Origin: a virus
Lineage: Duplodnaviria > Caudoviricetes
Strand: one strand, 5' to 3'
DNA: 64,000 bases
Virus record (IMG/VR): IMGVR_UViG_3300011744_000001
Span: 2,218 to 66,217 of that record
Shown here: positions 25,610 to 35,399 of the stretch, in pieces
Numbering within the stretch: the first letter of the stretch is position 1
Layout of the letters: each line of letters starts with the position of its first letter
Made by a program: the position numbers and the translations under genes
The notes under the pieces: model-generated
Databases searched by the model: none
What the model saw: the letters and a program-made list of their open reading frames with translations, nothing else
What the model was told of the DNA's origin: nothing

Positions 25610-27035
25610 TTTTGAGGCACGTATTGTCGCAGTGCTGGACGATTACGAGATTCTTGAACGGTATAACGCACAGGACCCGATTGTGCTTAGGTTCCTACGC
25701 TCAATTGCAGCATTTCTGTCTTTATTTAGTCAGGAAGTGGATATATCCGAGATTGAGCCATTCATTAAAACCCGTGACAGGTCAATCATTGCCGATGCCA
25801 CAAACAAGGGTATTTTACCAATCGGGATGCCAACACAGCATGTACTGGAAGTGCTGAACCGATCAGCGAATAGCATTACTTTAAGTCAGGGGCGAATGAT
25901 TGAGGACAACAGTGGCAGCAGACCATGGCGCTTGCTTCAATCCGTAACGGTCAATGCTGGTGAAACGGGGGAAGTGCTGGTTGAGCAGAGCGAATACCGA
26001 GAAGTCCAGTACACCGTCCAAAGCACAGAAAACTTTCACCGTGTTGAGTTGCAGCTCAGGGATGATTTATCACTGGCAGGAATTACCGTTCGGGATAACT
26101 CAAATCAGGCATACCAGCTTAAAAAACGCTGGATGAGCGTCGAGCCCTTGGAATATGCATTTAACCTCACTACAGACAGCCTACGCCGTATTTTCATTGA
26201 GTTTGGGGATGATGAGCGTGCAGGCCGTACAGCACAGGCAAACCAGGTATTCACGTTTGGAATTCTTGAAACATACGGGGATGTCGATGTATCACGGTTG
26301 AAAGATGCATCATTACTCGATGTGCTGACTACAGATGAAACCAAGGTATCTGTCAGATTCAAGCAAGGCGGTATCGTTCGGCAGGGTGCTGATCCTTTGA
26401 ATATTTCCCAGTTGCGTGTGCTTGCCACATATCCAGCGCTCTATGATGAAAATGCCGTGTTTCTGGGGAATTTTGATTATTCGGTTCGCCAAAAGTTTAT
26501 GGCCCGTTGCCACTATATCGCGGTATGGAATGAGAACGAACAGGACCGTTACTATGGCGTGACCTACCAGGACATTAACCACTTGCACATTGCTGTGGTC
26601 GCCAAAAACAATGCAGAACAGGCAAACCTTGAAACTGAAATTATTCAATACATTGGCTTGCTGGATAGCCTGTATAAAGATCGGGTGCGTGTCCATGCTG
26701 TTGTGGAGAAGCCGTTTAATATTACCCTGAATGGGCGCTTGGCAGCTGTGCATGATCTTGACGGCGTGAAAGCCCAGATCAAGGGATTGCTGGTTGACCG
26801 CTACGGACGTACAAAGCTTAGTGCAAGCCGTTGGCTGGTGAATGGGTTTAATACCCAAGGCATTTCAACACAGCTTAGAACCAATATTGTCGCGTTTCAG
26901 GACAATATTAGTGACTTCTCCTTAAATGTGCCTGTTGTACTCAATAAACCGCACGAATGGGTCTATATCTCAGAACCAAGCATTACCTTGAACATTGAGC
27001 GCACGGCTGAAACATCGGGGGCGGCATGGATATAA
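25593..27035 (+). CDS. Baseplate J/BplA-like protein
   Basis: 480 aa; TRDRSIIADATNKGILP N-terminus; neighbourhood of a contractile-tail module. Confidence 0.6.
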   Translation: MLTQADFEARIVAVLDDYEILERYNAQDPIVLRFLRSIAAFLSLFSQEVDISEIEPFIKTRDRSIIADATNKGILPIGMPTQHVLEVLNRSANSITLSQGRMIEDNSGSRPWRLLQSVTVNAGETGEVLVEQSEYREVQYTVQSTENFHRVELQLRDDLSLAGITVRDNSNQAYQLKKRWMSVEPLEYAFNLTTDSLRRIFIEFGDDERAGRTAQANQVFTFGILETYGDVDVSRLKDASLLDVLTTDETKVSVRFKQGGIVRQGADPLNISQLRVLATYPALYDENAVFLGNFDYSVRQKFMARCHYIAVWNENEQDRYYGVTYQDINHLHIAVVAKNNAEQANLETEIIQYIGLLDSLYKDRVRVHAVVEKPFNITLNGRLAAVHDLDGVKAQIKGLLVDRYGRTKLSASRWLVNGFNTQGISTQLRTNIVAFQDNISDFSLNVPVVLNKPHEWVYISEPSITLNIERTAETSGAAWI

Positions 27036-27664
27036 ACTTTACCCGTCCGATTGACCAGCAGAGAAATAATCGTCGGAGTTCTGGGCTAGAAACGGCCATG
27101 GCAAAGGCCTTTAAACAGGTTTTTGCTGATGTGTTTCAGGAACAAATTCAGGATCTGCTGGATTACGGCGCTCCGCATATTGGCAGTCCAACTGTGGTTG
27201 AGCGCTTCTCAAAACAGGATGGTTTGGTCGTGCTACGCCGTCCTGTGACTTCTGACACCCTGATGCGGGTGATCTATGCCAACTGGTCCAGCATGGCAAG
27301 TGAGCGCGGTCTGGGCTTTCTTGAGTTCGTTTTGCGTATGCTGTGGACGGACCAATGGCAGATTAAGCGGATGTGGCACCCGATCAGCACCTATACCAGC
27401 TATCCGCAATACCTCATTGATGAGGAACGCCCTGACCATTTCCTGACAAGCCGAATCCGAATCACCATTGATGAATCGGTTGATCTTGCTGAGATTGTAG
27501 AGCTTTCACCCATTATCCGCCGTCTGGTGCCCGCAAACATTGTAGTCAAGGTCAATGCCAAGCAACTGGATGTCGATGGGGACTTACCGATTGGAGTGGG
27601 TATCGTGAGTCAATCCTTTATCGTTCAGGATTTTAGTGTTGGCATTACAGATAACGCTATTTGA
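27026..27664 (+). CDS. Baseplate protein (I-like position)
   Basis: RGLGFLEFVLRML and IRRLVPANIVV motifs typical of baseplate I-type proteins. Confidence 0.5.
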   Translation: MDINFTRPIDQQRNNRRSSGLETAMAKAFKQVFADVFQEQIQDLLDYGAPHIGSPTVVERFSKQDGLVVLRRPVTSDTLMRVIYANWSSMASERGLGFLEFVLRMLWTDQWQIKRMWHPISTYTSYPQYLIDEERPDHFLTSRIRITIDESVDLAEIVELSPIIRRLVPANIVVKVNAKQLDVDGDLPIGVGIVSQSFIVQDFSVGITDNAI

Positions 27665-27757
27665 ATTGGAACTCATTAAATCTAAATAGTTCAGGTGATG
27701 GTTTTATTTAACTGCTTTATGCAGAGAAATAATTAACCATTTACCAGGACTTTTTTC

Positions 27758-28225
27758 ATGTCACAAAACAATGATCAAGAAGAAAACCAGATTGCACTCA
27801 CAACCGATGTGGGTAGTGATGGTGATCTGCTAATCGAGCAGTTTTTGGGTTTTACCAATAATCCAGCTTTAAGTGATGAAGCTTTTGACCAGTTACTTGC
27901 GGGTCAAGCTGTAGAGGGTGTTACAGCCTATAAGCCTGCCACCTTTTACCAGATTTCAGCGAATCCTGAATCAATTGACTATACCAATCCATTCGATATT
28001 CATATCCATTTTCAGGATGGGCCAACGGTTATTGACGGTGTAAATGGGGCCACAAATGAATCACTGTTAAAAATCCTGATTCACCGTACCAAGTATCTTG
28101 ATGGCAAGTTTCCGTCCGACAAGAACAAAGAAGCCATTACTGCAATGGAAACGGCTTTAGCCGCCTTTGATGTGCGTACTGCTGAACGCCAAGCCCGTGG
28201 GGTTGAGGGCCAGCAAGTCGAGTAA
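27758..28225 (+). CDS. Tad1-like (Acb2/Tad1 hairpin) signal-sequestering anti-defence protein
   Basis: IHFQDGP...GVNGATNESLLKILIHR...FPSDKNKEAITAMETALAAFDVRTAERQARGVEG matches the Tad1 C-terminal pattern. Confidence 0.75.
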   Translation: MSQNNDQEENQIALTTDVGSDGDLLIEQFLGFTNNPALSDEAFDQLLAGQAVEGVTAYKPATFYQISANPESIDYTNPFDIHIHFQDGPTVIDGVNGATNESLLKILIHRTKYLDGKFPSDKNKEAITAMETALAAFDVRTAERQARGVEGQQVE

Positions 28226-28284
28226 TCGTTTGAACTCACCCTATGCACTGTTGCATAGGGTTCTTTTTTATGAGGAATTATAAA

Positions 28285-28479
28285 ATGCGAATGAGTAAAG
28301 TTGCCTTATTACATGCGATTGGTGCTGCTGCCCAGCTTGGATGTTCAGCTTTAGAGACTTCACCAAGACAACACGGCGCTTATAGCTTGCCTGAATTTAC
28401 ACCCTCAAAAGTGGATAAAAAGCCCAACAAAGTAAGTCAAAAGAAACGCCGTCTTAAAGCGCGTCGATTAGGTCACTAA
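28285..28479 (+). CDS. Small basic phage protein
   Basis: GAGGA RBS; K/R-rich tail KVSQKKRRLKARR. Confidence 0.6.
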   Translation: MRMSKVALLHAIGAAAQLGCSALETSPRQHGAYSLPEFTPSKVDKKPNKVSQKKRRLKARRLGH

Positions 28480-28497
28480 ACAATGGGGAGTATTCTA

Positions 28498-28617
28498 ATG
28501 AATTTACTCACGCTATTTTTCCTGATCATTGTAGGGCTAATCAATTGTGCAATCTGGCTTATTGCCATGATTGCATCGTTCTGGTTTTACGAAATTAAGG
28601 AGTTAAAGAAATGCTGA
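28498..28617 (+). CDS. 39-aa membrane microprotein (not in the ORF track)
   Basis: GGGGAG RBS; MNLLTLFFLIIVGLINCAIWLIAMIASFWFYEIKELKKC; overlaps the next start. Confidence 0.55.
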   Translation: MNLLTLFFLIIVGLINCAIWLIAMIASFWFYEIKELKKC

Positions 28618-28844
28618 CTAAAATCTATTGTTCTCAACACCAGAACTCGCAGTATTTAGATTTATCAGAGATTGACTCCATTGAAGTTTCAGACTCAGAT
28701 TTTGGCCGTGGTGGTTATACATATGGAAAAAGTGAATATTCCAGTGTAATGATAGGACTCAAGAGTGGTCATTCTTTGAATATGACAATTAAAACCTCAG
28801 ATATTGAAAAGCTTTTAGTGTTGGAACAGCCCAAAATTAAATAG
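28611..28844 (+). CDS. Hypothetical phage protein
   Basis: 77 aa with AAGGAG RBS. Confidence 0.6.
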   Translation: MLTKIYCSQHQNSQYLDLSEIDSIEVSDSDFGRGGYTYGKSEYSSVMIGLKSGHSLNMTIKTSDIEKLLVLEQPKIK

Positions 28845-28891
28845 CTGGTGAAGTGAAAAAATAGCCCTAATAGTCATATTGGGGCTTTTTT

Positions 28892-29812
28892 ATGTCTGAT
28901 TCAAAAGGTCGAAAAACGAAAAGGATTACATTCAATTTACATGAACGTGGTCGCCAGTTTCTGGGTAAAGACCGCAGCAATGTTGATATGAATGAAATGA
29001 TCAAACAGATCAACAGCCCGCAGATTCAGGAAATGGCGAAAACAGGCACATTGTACGGCTATAACGGGCATGAAATCCGTAAGCGTTACGGCATGAATCC
29101 GCCTGATTCCGTGATTGTCGATGGCAAGGTTGTTTACCTGGAACGTGCATTTAGAACCCTTGAGGTTTATGCCGATAAAGAGGGCAATGTCTCTCATGTA
29201 ACTGAGTTTCTTGATAACCCATCTGGCGAGTATGCACGTAAACAGTATCAGGCACGGGTGGGCGGCTTTAGCTCAGCACAGAACTATAAGCGTGCAGGTT
29301 TGGGGCTTATTCCTGTTGGCTTTTATGGCTTTGATTACGTTACACAGCCAAATTACACAACCAATGTGGGGGATGGTCAGCTATTTGATGGCTTGGCTAT
29401 TCCTGTTGAGCAGGACGGATTGGTTGCCTGTTTTGACAATGCAACTGACATTACCCAGCTATCCGCATCTGAAGCCATGATTGCCCATTTACTTGAGCAA
29501 CAAATTATACGTGACTATGACAATATTCACACTCAAACAGAGTTGCTGAATATGCACGGTCAGGCACTTGACCAGATTGATGTTTTGTCCACTCAGGTAG
29601 CACGTAAAGAGAGACGTGAAGCACTTCAAGCGCAGCGCCAGCATGATCTTTATTCGGGAATGGTTGGGGAGGTGCGCTCGTTTGACTCGGTATGTGAAGA
29701 AGCGGATGCATTGCTTAGTGAAAGTGATCTGGCGCGTATGCGAATCAACGGCGAAACACCAAAAGACAAGAAGCCAAAACCACGTATTTTTAAAAGCATG
29801 TTTGGATTCTAA
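28892..29812 (+). CDS. Prohead protease (T4 gp21/P1 Pro-like)
   Basis: YGYNGH, VGGFSSA and GFDYVTQPN resemble the herpes-type protease His/Ser motifs. Confidence 0.65.
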   Translation: MSDSKGRKTKRITFNLHERGRQFLGKDRSNVDMNEMIKQINSPQIQEMAKTGTLYGYNGHEIRKRYGMNPPDSVIVDGKVVYLERAFRTLEVYADKEGNVSHVTEFLDNPSGEYARKQYQARVGGFSSAQNYKRAGLGLIPVGFYGFDYVTQPNYTTNVGDGQLFDGLAIPVEQDGLVACFDNATDITQLSASEAMIAHLLEQQIIRDYDNIHTQTELLNMHGQALDQIDVLSTQVARKERREALQAQRQHDLYSGMVGEVRSFDSVCEEADALLSESDLARMRINGETPKDKKPKPRIFKSMFGF

Positions 29813-29817
29813 GGGGA

Positions 29818-30633
29818 ATGACAATGACATTACCCAAGGATTCACTGAAATGTATTCAAAATGCCTGGTACAAACTGCTCGTTGATTTTCGTGCATGGTA
29901 TATGCCCGAAACCATTCAGACGGATGAATGGAAAAAACGGGATGTTCGAACAGCGATTAAGTCATGTCCATCACGGATGATGGATGATTCAGAAGCTATG
30001 CTTTCTGAATACCGAAAAAGCCAAAATGCTGATGTGACTGGCGGTGCAACGGCGTTTATGCCGATCATGCTGACAGCCACGGCGCTTGTGGACCAGCCAC
30101 CCGACACCATGCAGTTAATTCCGATGCCGTATTTCGTGCCTGTGGTAATTGAAGATGAACAGGTCCAGATACGTTTAATTGCAAAGACAGTCCGCGCTCA
30201 AATCGCGTTTTACGCAACCAATGCGCATGATGCACGTTCAGTATGTGACCAGTTCTGTGCATATGTAATGGATGAAAGTAAGCGCCGTTTTGCTGTGCCG
30301 TTTGACATGGGCAACAACCACATTCAAAACAGCACATTCACAATTGTTGAGAACCAGTTGTTTCCAGCACCTGTACCAAGCGAAGCCATCAACCTATCCA
30401 TATTTACCATTGATGTGCAGTTAATTGGTTATGCACCTCAAATCATCGGCCTTGGTGGTCAACATGATACAACCACAGGCAATGGCTATAACCCTTATGA
30501 CGGTTCAGCAATAGACAAGCCACTAAATGATCTTGTTGTCGTTCAAGCGGATCAGTTCTCTGAAGATGGTCATACCCGCGTGCTTGCTGACCGTGACACA
30601 GGTGAAATCACAGTGGAGCAGATTGATGACTGA
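29818..30633 (+). CDS. Virion morphogenesis protein (tail-completion-like)
   Basis: 271 aa in the late module; function inferred from context only. Confidence 0.45.
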   Translation: MTMTLPKDSLKCIQNAWYKLLVDFRAWYMPETIQTDEWKKRDVRTAIKSCPSRMMDDSEAMLSEYRKSQNADVTGGATAFMPIMLTATALVDQPPDTMQLIPMPYFVPVVIEDEQVQIRLIAKTVRAQIAFYATNAHDARSVCDQFCAYVMDESKRRFAVPFDMGNNHIQNSTFTIVENQLFPAPVPSEAINLSIFTIDVQLIGYAPQIIGLGGQHDTTTGNGYNPYDGSAIDKPLNDLVVVQADQFSEDGHTRVLADRDTGEITVEQIDD

Positions 30634-31156
30634 GAATATCGAAAAAACCGAAACGATTATAAAAATTGATGCGCGGGTGACTGGTTTTTCAAATGACCAG
30701 ACCCGTTTGATCAGTCTGTGTTTTCCCGACACTGGCGAAATTATTGTACAAAAGATAGAACTTTTTACGACATTACCTGTCAGGGCTGATCAGCAGGCCG
30801 ACACAATTGTTGTCACGGATTCACCGAACTTAATCCAGAACTGGCAATTAAAGTTTGATGCAAAGGAGCATCTTGAAGAAGTGATTCGGGTTTACCTGGC
30901 TAGTTATCGTGCTGAACTTGTCGAGTTTGAAACGTCCCTTGAGCGTTACAACCCGATGAATATCTTACAGGTTCGTAAGATTGATAAAAACGGACTACAA
31001 CAAGAGTTTGACAGTAGCTCACTAAACAACGGTCATATCGCCGCACTCATTTCAATCTGGGCAACGCATAAGATTTCAGTGGCTCACGCTGTAACTTCGA
31101 GGGAGACTATAAAAGAGGAATATATAGATAAAACCATGCTGCCGTTTAGTATTTGA
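30626..31156 (+). CDS. Hypothetical late protein
   Basis: Start moved to ATG 30626, which overlaps the previous stop. Confidence 0.55.
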   Translation: MTENIEKTETIIKIDARVTGFSNDQTRLISLCFPDTGEIIVQKIELFTTLPVRADQQADTIVVTDSPNLIQNWQLKFDAKEHLEEVIRVYLASYRAELVEFETSLERYNPMNILQVRKIDKNGLQQEFDSSSLNNGHIAALISIWATHKISVAHAVTSRETIKEEYIDKTMLPFSI

Positions 31157-31354
31157 TGATATGGTAATAAATATATCGTTCAGATAGTTTAGAAACACCA
31201 TTCTGGTATGTCCTTTAGTGGTTTCAGGTTTTCTACCGCATAGGTAGTCTAAAGCTCTACAAGCACGTAGGGCTTTTTTGCTTTTGGAACACATGAAAAA
31301 AGCAATAAAATTATAAACTTAAAATAAAAATAAATTCCTATGCCCTAAAAATCA

Positions 31355-33349
31355 ATGGCACTAAAACCATTAAAAGAGATTGGCGAATGGTGGGAGCTTT
31401 GCGCACGCTATCGCTATGACATCTATGCCTTTGCAGTAGAGGCATTGGGTGTTACCCCCACTTGGCAACAAGAACTGCTTTTTGAATCAATCCAGTTTGA
31501 CGGAAGTCGTACATCTGTTGCATCGGGGCATGGTTGCTTTGGCAAGGGCACAAAAATCCGTTTGGCAAATGGCAAGTGGAAACGTGTCGAAAAAATAACA
31601 ATCAATGACGCGGTAATGGGCACGGATGGCTTTACTCCGCGTGAAGTCATTCAGGTTGTAAAGGGATACCAGGAACTTTATCAATTTGAGTACGCAAACG
31701 GCTCAAGGCATGTTTACAACAAGTCTCATATCCTTTGTCTGGTTTCACTTGAGACAAAAAATGGCTGGAAAGCTGGCGATACCATGGAGGTTTTGGTATC
31801 GAAATACCTGGAATGGCCTGAAGAAACAAAAAGACAATTCGCCGCATACGAATTCAAGCACAGAAAATTCCAGCCCGTAAAAATCAATAATGTCACTGCT
31901 TTGGGGGATGGTGACTACTATGGCTTTGTGCTGGATGGGGATTCAACGTTCCTGACCGCTGATAACATGGTTCACCATAATACGGGAAAAACCGCGTCGG
32001 CAGGTATTGTTGCACTCTGGCACCTGTTGTTCTTTGAAGAATCCCTCATGATGTTTACTGCTCCACAGATCGGGCAGTTAAAGAAACAGGTCTGGAAAGA
32101 AATCAGTATCAACCTGTCACGGCTTAAAAGCGGGCCTCTGGCATGGTTGGCGGATTATGTCGGTTATCAATCTGAACTCGTCTACATCAAAGGCTACAAA
32201 GAAAAGTGGTATGTCTTTGCCAAAACCGCAGCCAAGCATCAACCAACAACGATTGCAGGGAACCATGGTGATAACTACGCCGTATGGGTGGACGAAGCCA
32301 GCGGTGTAGATGACGCAATTCTTGATGTTGCTTTTGGGGCATTAACGCACGAAGATAACCGTGCAATTATGACCTCACAGCCCACCCGTAACGCGGGTAT
32401 GTTCTATGAGACCCATCATAAGCTGAGTCATAGGGCGGGTGGCGTTTGGATTGCACTCACATTCAATGGTGAAGAATCACCACTTGTCAGTAAGCAGTCA
32501 TTAGAAGAACAACGACAAAAATACGGTAGTCGTGATGATCCGCAATATCAAATCCGTGTTTTAGGACAATTCCCTGACCGTGCCGATGAATTCCTGATCA
32601 CTAAACGTCAAGCTGATGATATGTATGTCGGTGCATCCATTTTTGAAGATCATGTTTTCGGTTATGTGATTACTGTCGATGTCGGCGGTGGTGTTGGCCG
32701 TGATGACTCTGTTATCGCTGTATCTAAAGTCTGGGGTGAGGCACAGTGGGGTGATCGTGCTAGACGTGTCGAAGTGGTTGATATTCCACTGTGTAAGAAC
32801 AAAGACGATGTGGTTGAGCTCCTTGCCAAAATTAATGAATGTATTCTGAAATACCCTAATGCAACCTTGGTTGTTGATGACAATGGTGCTGGTAAAGGCT
32901 TGGGGCAGTTGCTTAAAAAGCACGGTATCTGGTACATGCCTGTGTACTGGGGCGGTGCCTGCTTCAATAATGACAACCGAAAAGAGTATGTGAATAAGCG
33001 TGCTCTGGCCTATGTTTGTTTAAAACGCGCCATTGAATCAGGACGGTTCAAGGTTAAAACCCGCAAGTATAAGGTCAAGATTCAGGACCAGATTATTAAA
33101 ATCCCGTATACGTTTGATGAGCACAGTCGATACAAGATTCTAAGCAAGGATGAGATGAAGCGCCAGGGGATTAAATCTCCCGACCTTGGTGACGTTTTTG
33201 CCTTTATCTTCTTGGAAAACGTGTTCTATACAGAAGCCTTTGAAAGTGTGGTAGTAGCCGATGATAGTCCAGAGGCTCAGGAACGGGCAGAGAAGAAAGC
33301 ACGTTTTGACAGATTACGGAAAGCAGCGCAGGCATTGGATCAAGGGTAG
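31355..33349 (+). CDS. terL: Terminase large subunit (PacB-like) containing an intein
   Basis: SGHG-[intein]-TGKT Walker A, VWVDEASG Walker B, TSQPTR, and VDVGGG nuclease motif. Confidence 0.92.
   Translation: MALKPLKEIGEWWELCARYRYDIYAFAVEALGVTPTWQQELLFESIQFDGSRTSVASGHGCFGKGTKIRLANGKWKRVEKITINDAVMGTDGFTPREVIQVVKGYQELYQFEYANGSRHVYNKSHILCLVSLETKNGWKAGDTMEVLVSKYLEWPEETKRQFAAYEFKHRKFQPVKINNVTALGDGDYYGFVLDGDSTFLTADNMVHHNTGKTASAGIVALWHLLFFEESLMMFTAPQIGQLKKQVWKEISINLSRLKSGPLAWLADYVGYQSELVYIKGYKEKWYVFAKTAAKHQPTTIAGNHGDNYAVWVDEASGVDDAILDVAFGALTHEDNRAIMTSQPTRNAGMFYETHHKLSHRAGGVWIALTFNGEESPLVSKQSLEEQRQKYGSRDDPQYQIRVLGQFPDRADEFLITKRQADDMYVGASIFEDHVFGYVITVDVGGGVGRDDSVIAVSKVWGEAQWGDRARRVEVVDIPLCKNKDDVVELLAKINECILKYPNATLVVDDNGAGKGLGQLLKKHGIWYMPVYWGGACFNNDNRKEYVNKRALAYVCLKRAIESGRFKVKTRKYKVKIQDQIIKIPYTFDEHSRYKILSKDEMKRQGIKSPDLGDVFAFIFLENVFYTEAFESVVVADDSPEAQERAEKKARFDRLRKAAQALDQG
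31535..31981 (+). mobile_element. Mini-intein (149 aa, no homing endonuclease)
   Basis: Begins CFGKGTKIRLANG, has block B NKSHILCL and block F YYGFVLDGDSTFL, ends VHHN, and is followed by Thr+1. Confidence 0.92.
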
Positions 33350-33453
33350 TCTTACCTCGATAGCTAATCGTTTAGTCTTGGCTTAGTTTTGGAACATCCC
33401 ATAATTCAAGTGAAATAAACCATCTAAATTAGCCATAGAACTAAGGGTGAGCT

Positions 33454-34566
33454 ATGGCTATTCAATATTTTCTAACAGATGTCGGGCGAGATATTGCCCT
33501 CAATGCAACAAGTCTGGGCTTGAATGTATCACTGTCTCATATTGGCGTTGGTACAGCGAAATATGACCCTTTGACTGAATTGGACAGAACGGCGTTAGTG
33601 GCGGAAGTTGAACGTTATCCACTAAACGGTGGCGGTGTAGAGCCGAATTCTCACACGCTGCGATTTGTCACCAGTATTGAGCCGACAATCACCGTTGATG
33701 GCTTTGAAATCGGTATTTTCACAGATACAGGGGCACTTTTTGCGATTGCATCAACAACGGGCAATGATCCATTGATTCGCCTTGTTGCCAATATTGTTGC
33801 GATTGCATCTTTCGGCATGATCCTGTCCACGATCAACCTAACCAATCTGATCATAACGGTTGATCCGAATACGCCTATTTGCGTTGCATTGATGAATCAG
33901 CATCTTGATCATCCCGACCCACATACCCAGTACCTTTTAAAAACTGATTTTAATACTGGGGTAATTGCGCTCCAGTATGCCGATAGTGCTTTACAGCAAA
34001 ATATTAATACAGAAGAAGCAAATCGGATTAGTGCTGATAATTTACTTAATAATAAAATTGATTATGAAATTAATCAGAGAACAAATGCTGATAATACCTT
34101 GCTAGATAATCTTAATAGTGAGCAATCGAGCAGAATTTATAGTGATAATTTGATCAATGATAAAATTGACCTTGAAATTATTAATAGAATTAATGCACTG
34201 AATGACATTGAGAATAGAAAATTTGACAAGGCTGGTGGAACTGTTGCTGGTAATGCGCTGATTACAGGTGGTCTGACTGTACAAACATCATTATTGCTCG
34301 GTTCATTTTTGGCAGCTCAGAATGGTTATACTCCTTTACCAAACGGGCTAATTCTTCAATGGGGAAAAGTAAGTGATGACTTTGCAATATATAATTTTCC
34401 TATTGAGTTTCCTAATGCTGCTTTTGCGTTAATCGGTCAGCAAATTAGTGGTGGAGGTTCAAGTAAAGTCTATGTTGAGATTATAAGTAAATCACAATTC
34501 AAGGTTTTTGAAGGCAGTGGTGCAACATCTGGAACTGAGTTCTATTGGTTTGCTATTGGAGTTTGA
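33454..34566 (+). CDS. Tail fibre protein
   Basis: Collar-type N-terminus, HLDHPDPHTQYL, 18-aa coiled-coil repeats, and C-terminal NGYTPLPNGLILQWG tip domain. Confidence 0.85.
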   Translation: MAIQYFLTDVGRDIALNATSLGLNVSLSHIGVGTAKYDPLTELDRTALVAEVERYPLNGGGVEPNSHTLRFVTSIEPTITVDGFEIGIFTDTGALFAIASTTGNDPLIRLVANIVAIASFGMILSTINLTNLIITVDPNTPICVALMNQHLDHPDPHTQYLLKTDFNTGVIALQYADSALQQNINTEEANRISADNLLNNKIDYEINQRTNADNTLLDNLNSEQSSRIYSDNLINDKIDLEIINRINALNDIENRKFDKAGGTVAGNALITGGLTVQTSLLLGSFLAAQNGYTPLPNGLILQWGKVSDDFAIYNFPIEFPNAAFALIGQQISGGGSSKVYVEIISKSQFKVFEGSGATSGTEFYWFAIGV

Positions 34567-34568
34567 AG

Positions 34569-34898
34569 ATGAATCAAACAATCAAAATCGGTGACAGCTT
34601 TGCGCTGCCGATTCAGTTCTATGACACTGATACCAAGCTTGGCATGGCAATCACTAATGACATGCTTATTTCTGCCCAGATCATCAATTCACAGAATCAA
34701 GTGATTGCTACACCTGTTATTACTATTTATCCAGATCAGGTTGCAGATGCGGGGTTTATCTTGCTTGAAGTGCCTGCATCTATTACACAGGCATGGAAAG
34801 CAGGATCAGCACAACTCGATATAAAGCTTTCAATCAATGAGAACGTGCGACACTCGCAGAATATTCAATTTCAGGTTGTTCGGAGCATTACACAATGA
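34569..34898 (+). CDS. Fibre-associated/baseplate upper-like protein
   Basis: IKIGDSFALP...AQLDIKLS pattern after the fibre gene. Confidence 0.5.
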   Translation: MNQTIKIGDSFALPIQFYDTDTKLGMAITNDMLISAQIINSQNQVIATPVITIYPDQVADAGFILLEVPASITQAWKAGSAQLDIKLSINENVRHSQNIQFQVVRSITQ

Positions 34899-35068
34899 GC
34901 AATATTGCATTAAAGGTATTTTGGTCTAATGAACCAATACCACTCAACCGAAAAATTGATAGAGCAGCTATTAATGTGCCGTTTGGTGTGTTGATTACTC
35001 ATCCGACTTGTTTGATTAAATCCGTGAATGGCAAAGTTGGCGACGTGGTTTTAAATGCTGCTTATTGA
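34895..35068 (+). CDS. 57-aa ORF ending in an SVNGKVGDVVL fibre motif; probable truncated remnant
   Basis: Read by hand; ATGA overlap with the previous stop. Confidence 0.5.
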   Translation: MSNIALKVFWSNEPIPLNRKIDRAAINVPFGVLITHPTCLIKSVNGKVGDVVLNAAY

Positions 35069-35117
35069 ATCTTGAAGAATCAAAAATTAATGAAATGTGG
35101 GAGTATGGGTTAAATCT

Positions 35118-35390
35118 ATGATCAATGAGTACCGCAATGCCATCCGCGACCTGATCAATAAGAACATTCAGCAGGGAACACTGAATAACCTGATTGTGTG
35201 GGATGTACGCTCAGATGAGGCACAGGACCCAACGCTATTAAGTTTGCGAATTTATGGTTCACGCAAGCATACGGATGTTATTCAGGTTGCTTGTGGTGTC
35301 AGTGGTATCTATGAGAAATTGCCAGAAAAGCGCATTGCTGTTCCTAAAATCACTGACATTATGCGATTGCGCACTGAATACCAGGTCTAG
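35118..35390 (+). CDS. Hypothetical late protein (tail X/LysM-like position)
   Basis: DPTLLSLRIYGSR motif resembles tail X proteins. Confidence 0.45.
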   Translation: MINEYRNAIRDLINKNIQQGTLNNLIVWDVRSDEAQDPTLLSLRIYGSRKHTDVIQVACGVSGIYEKLPEKRIAVPKITDIMRLRTEYQV

Positions 35391-35399
35391 GGAGGGATT

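Noticed and set aside
31076-31294. Minus-strand 72-aa ORF as a type I toxin
   Set aside because: It overlaps a gene end, a terminator and a promoter box, and lacks a clear RBS or TM helix.
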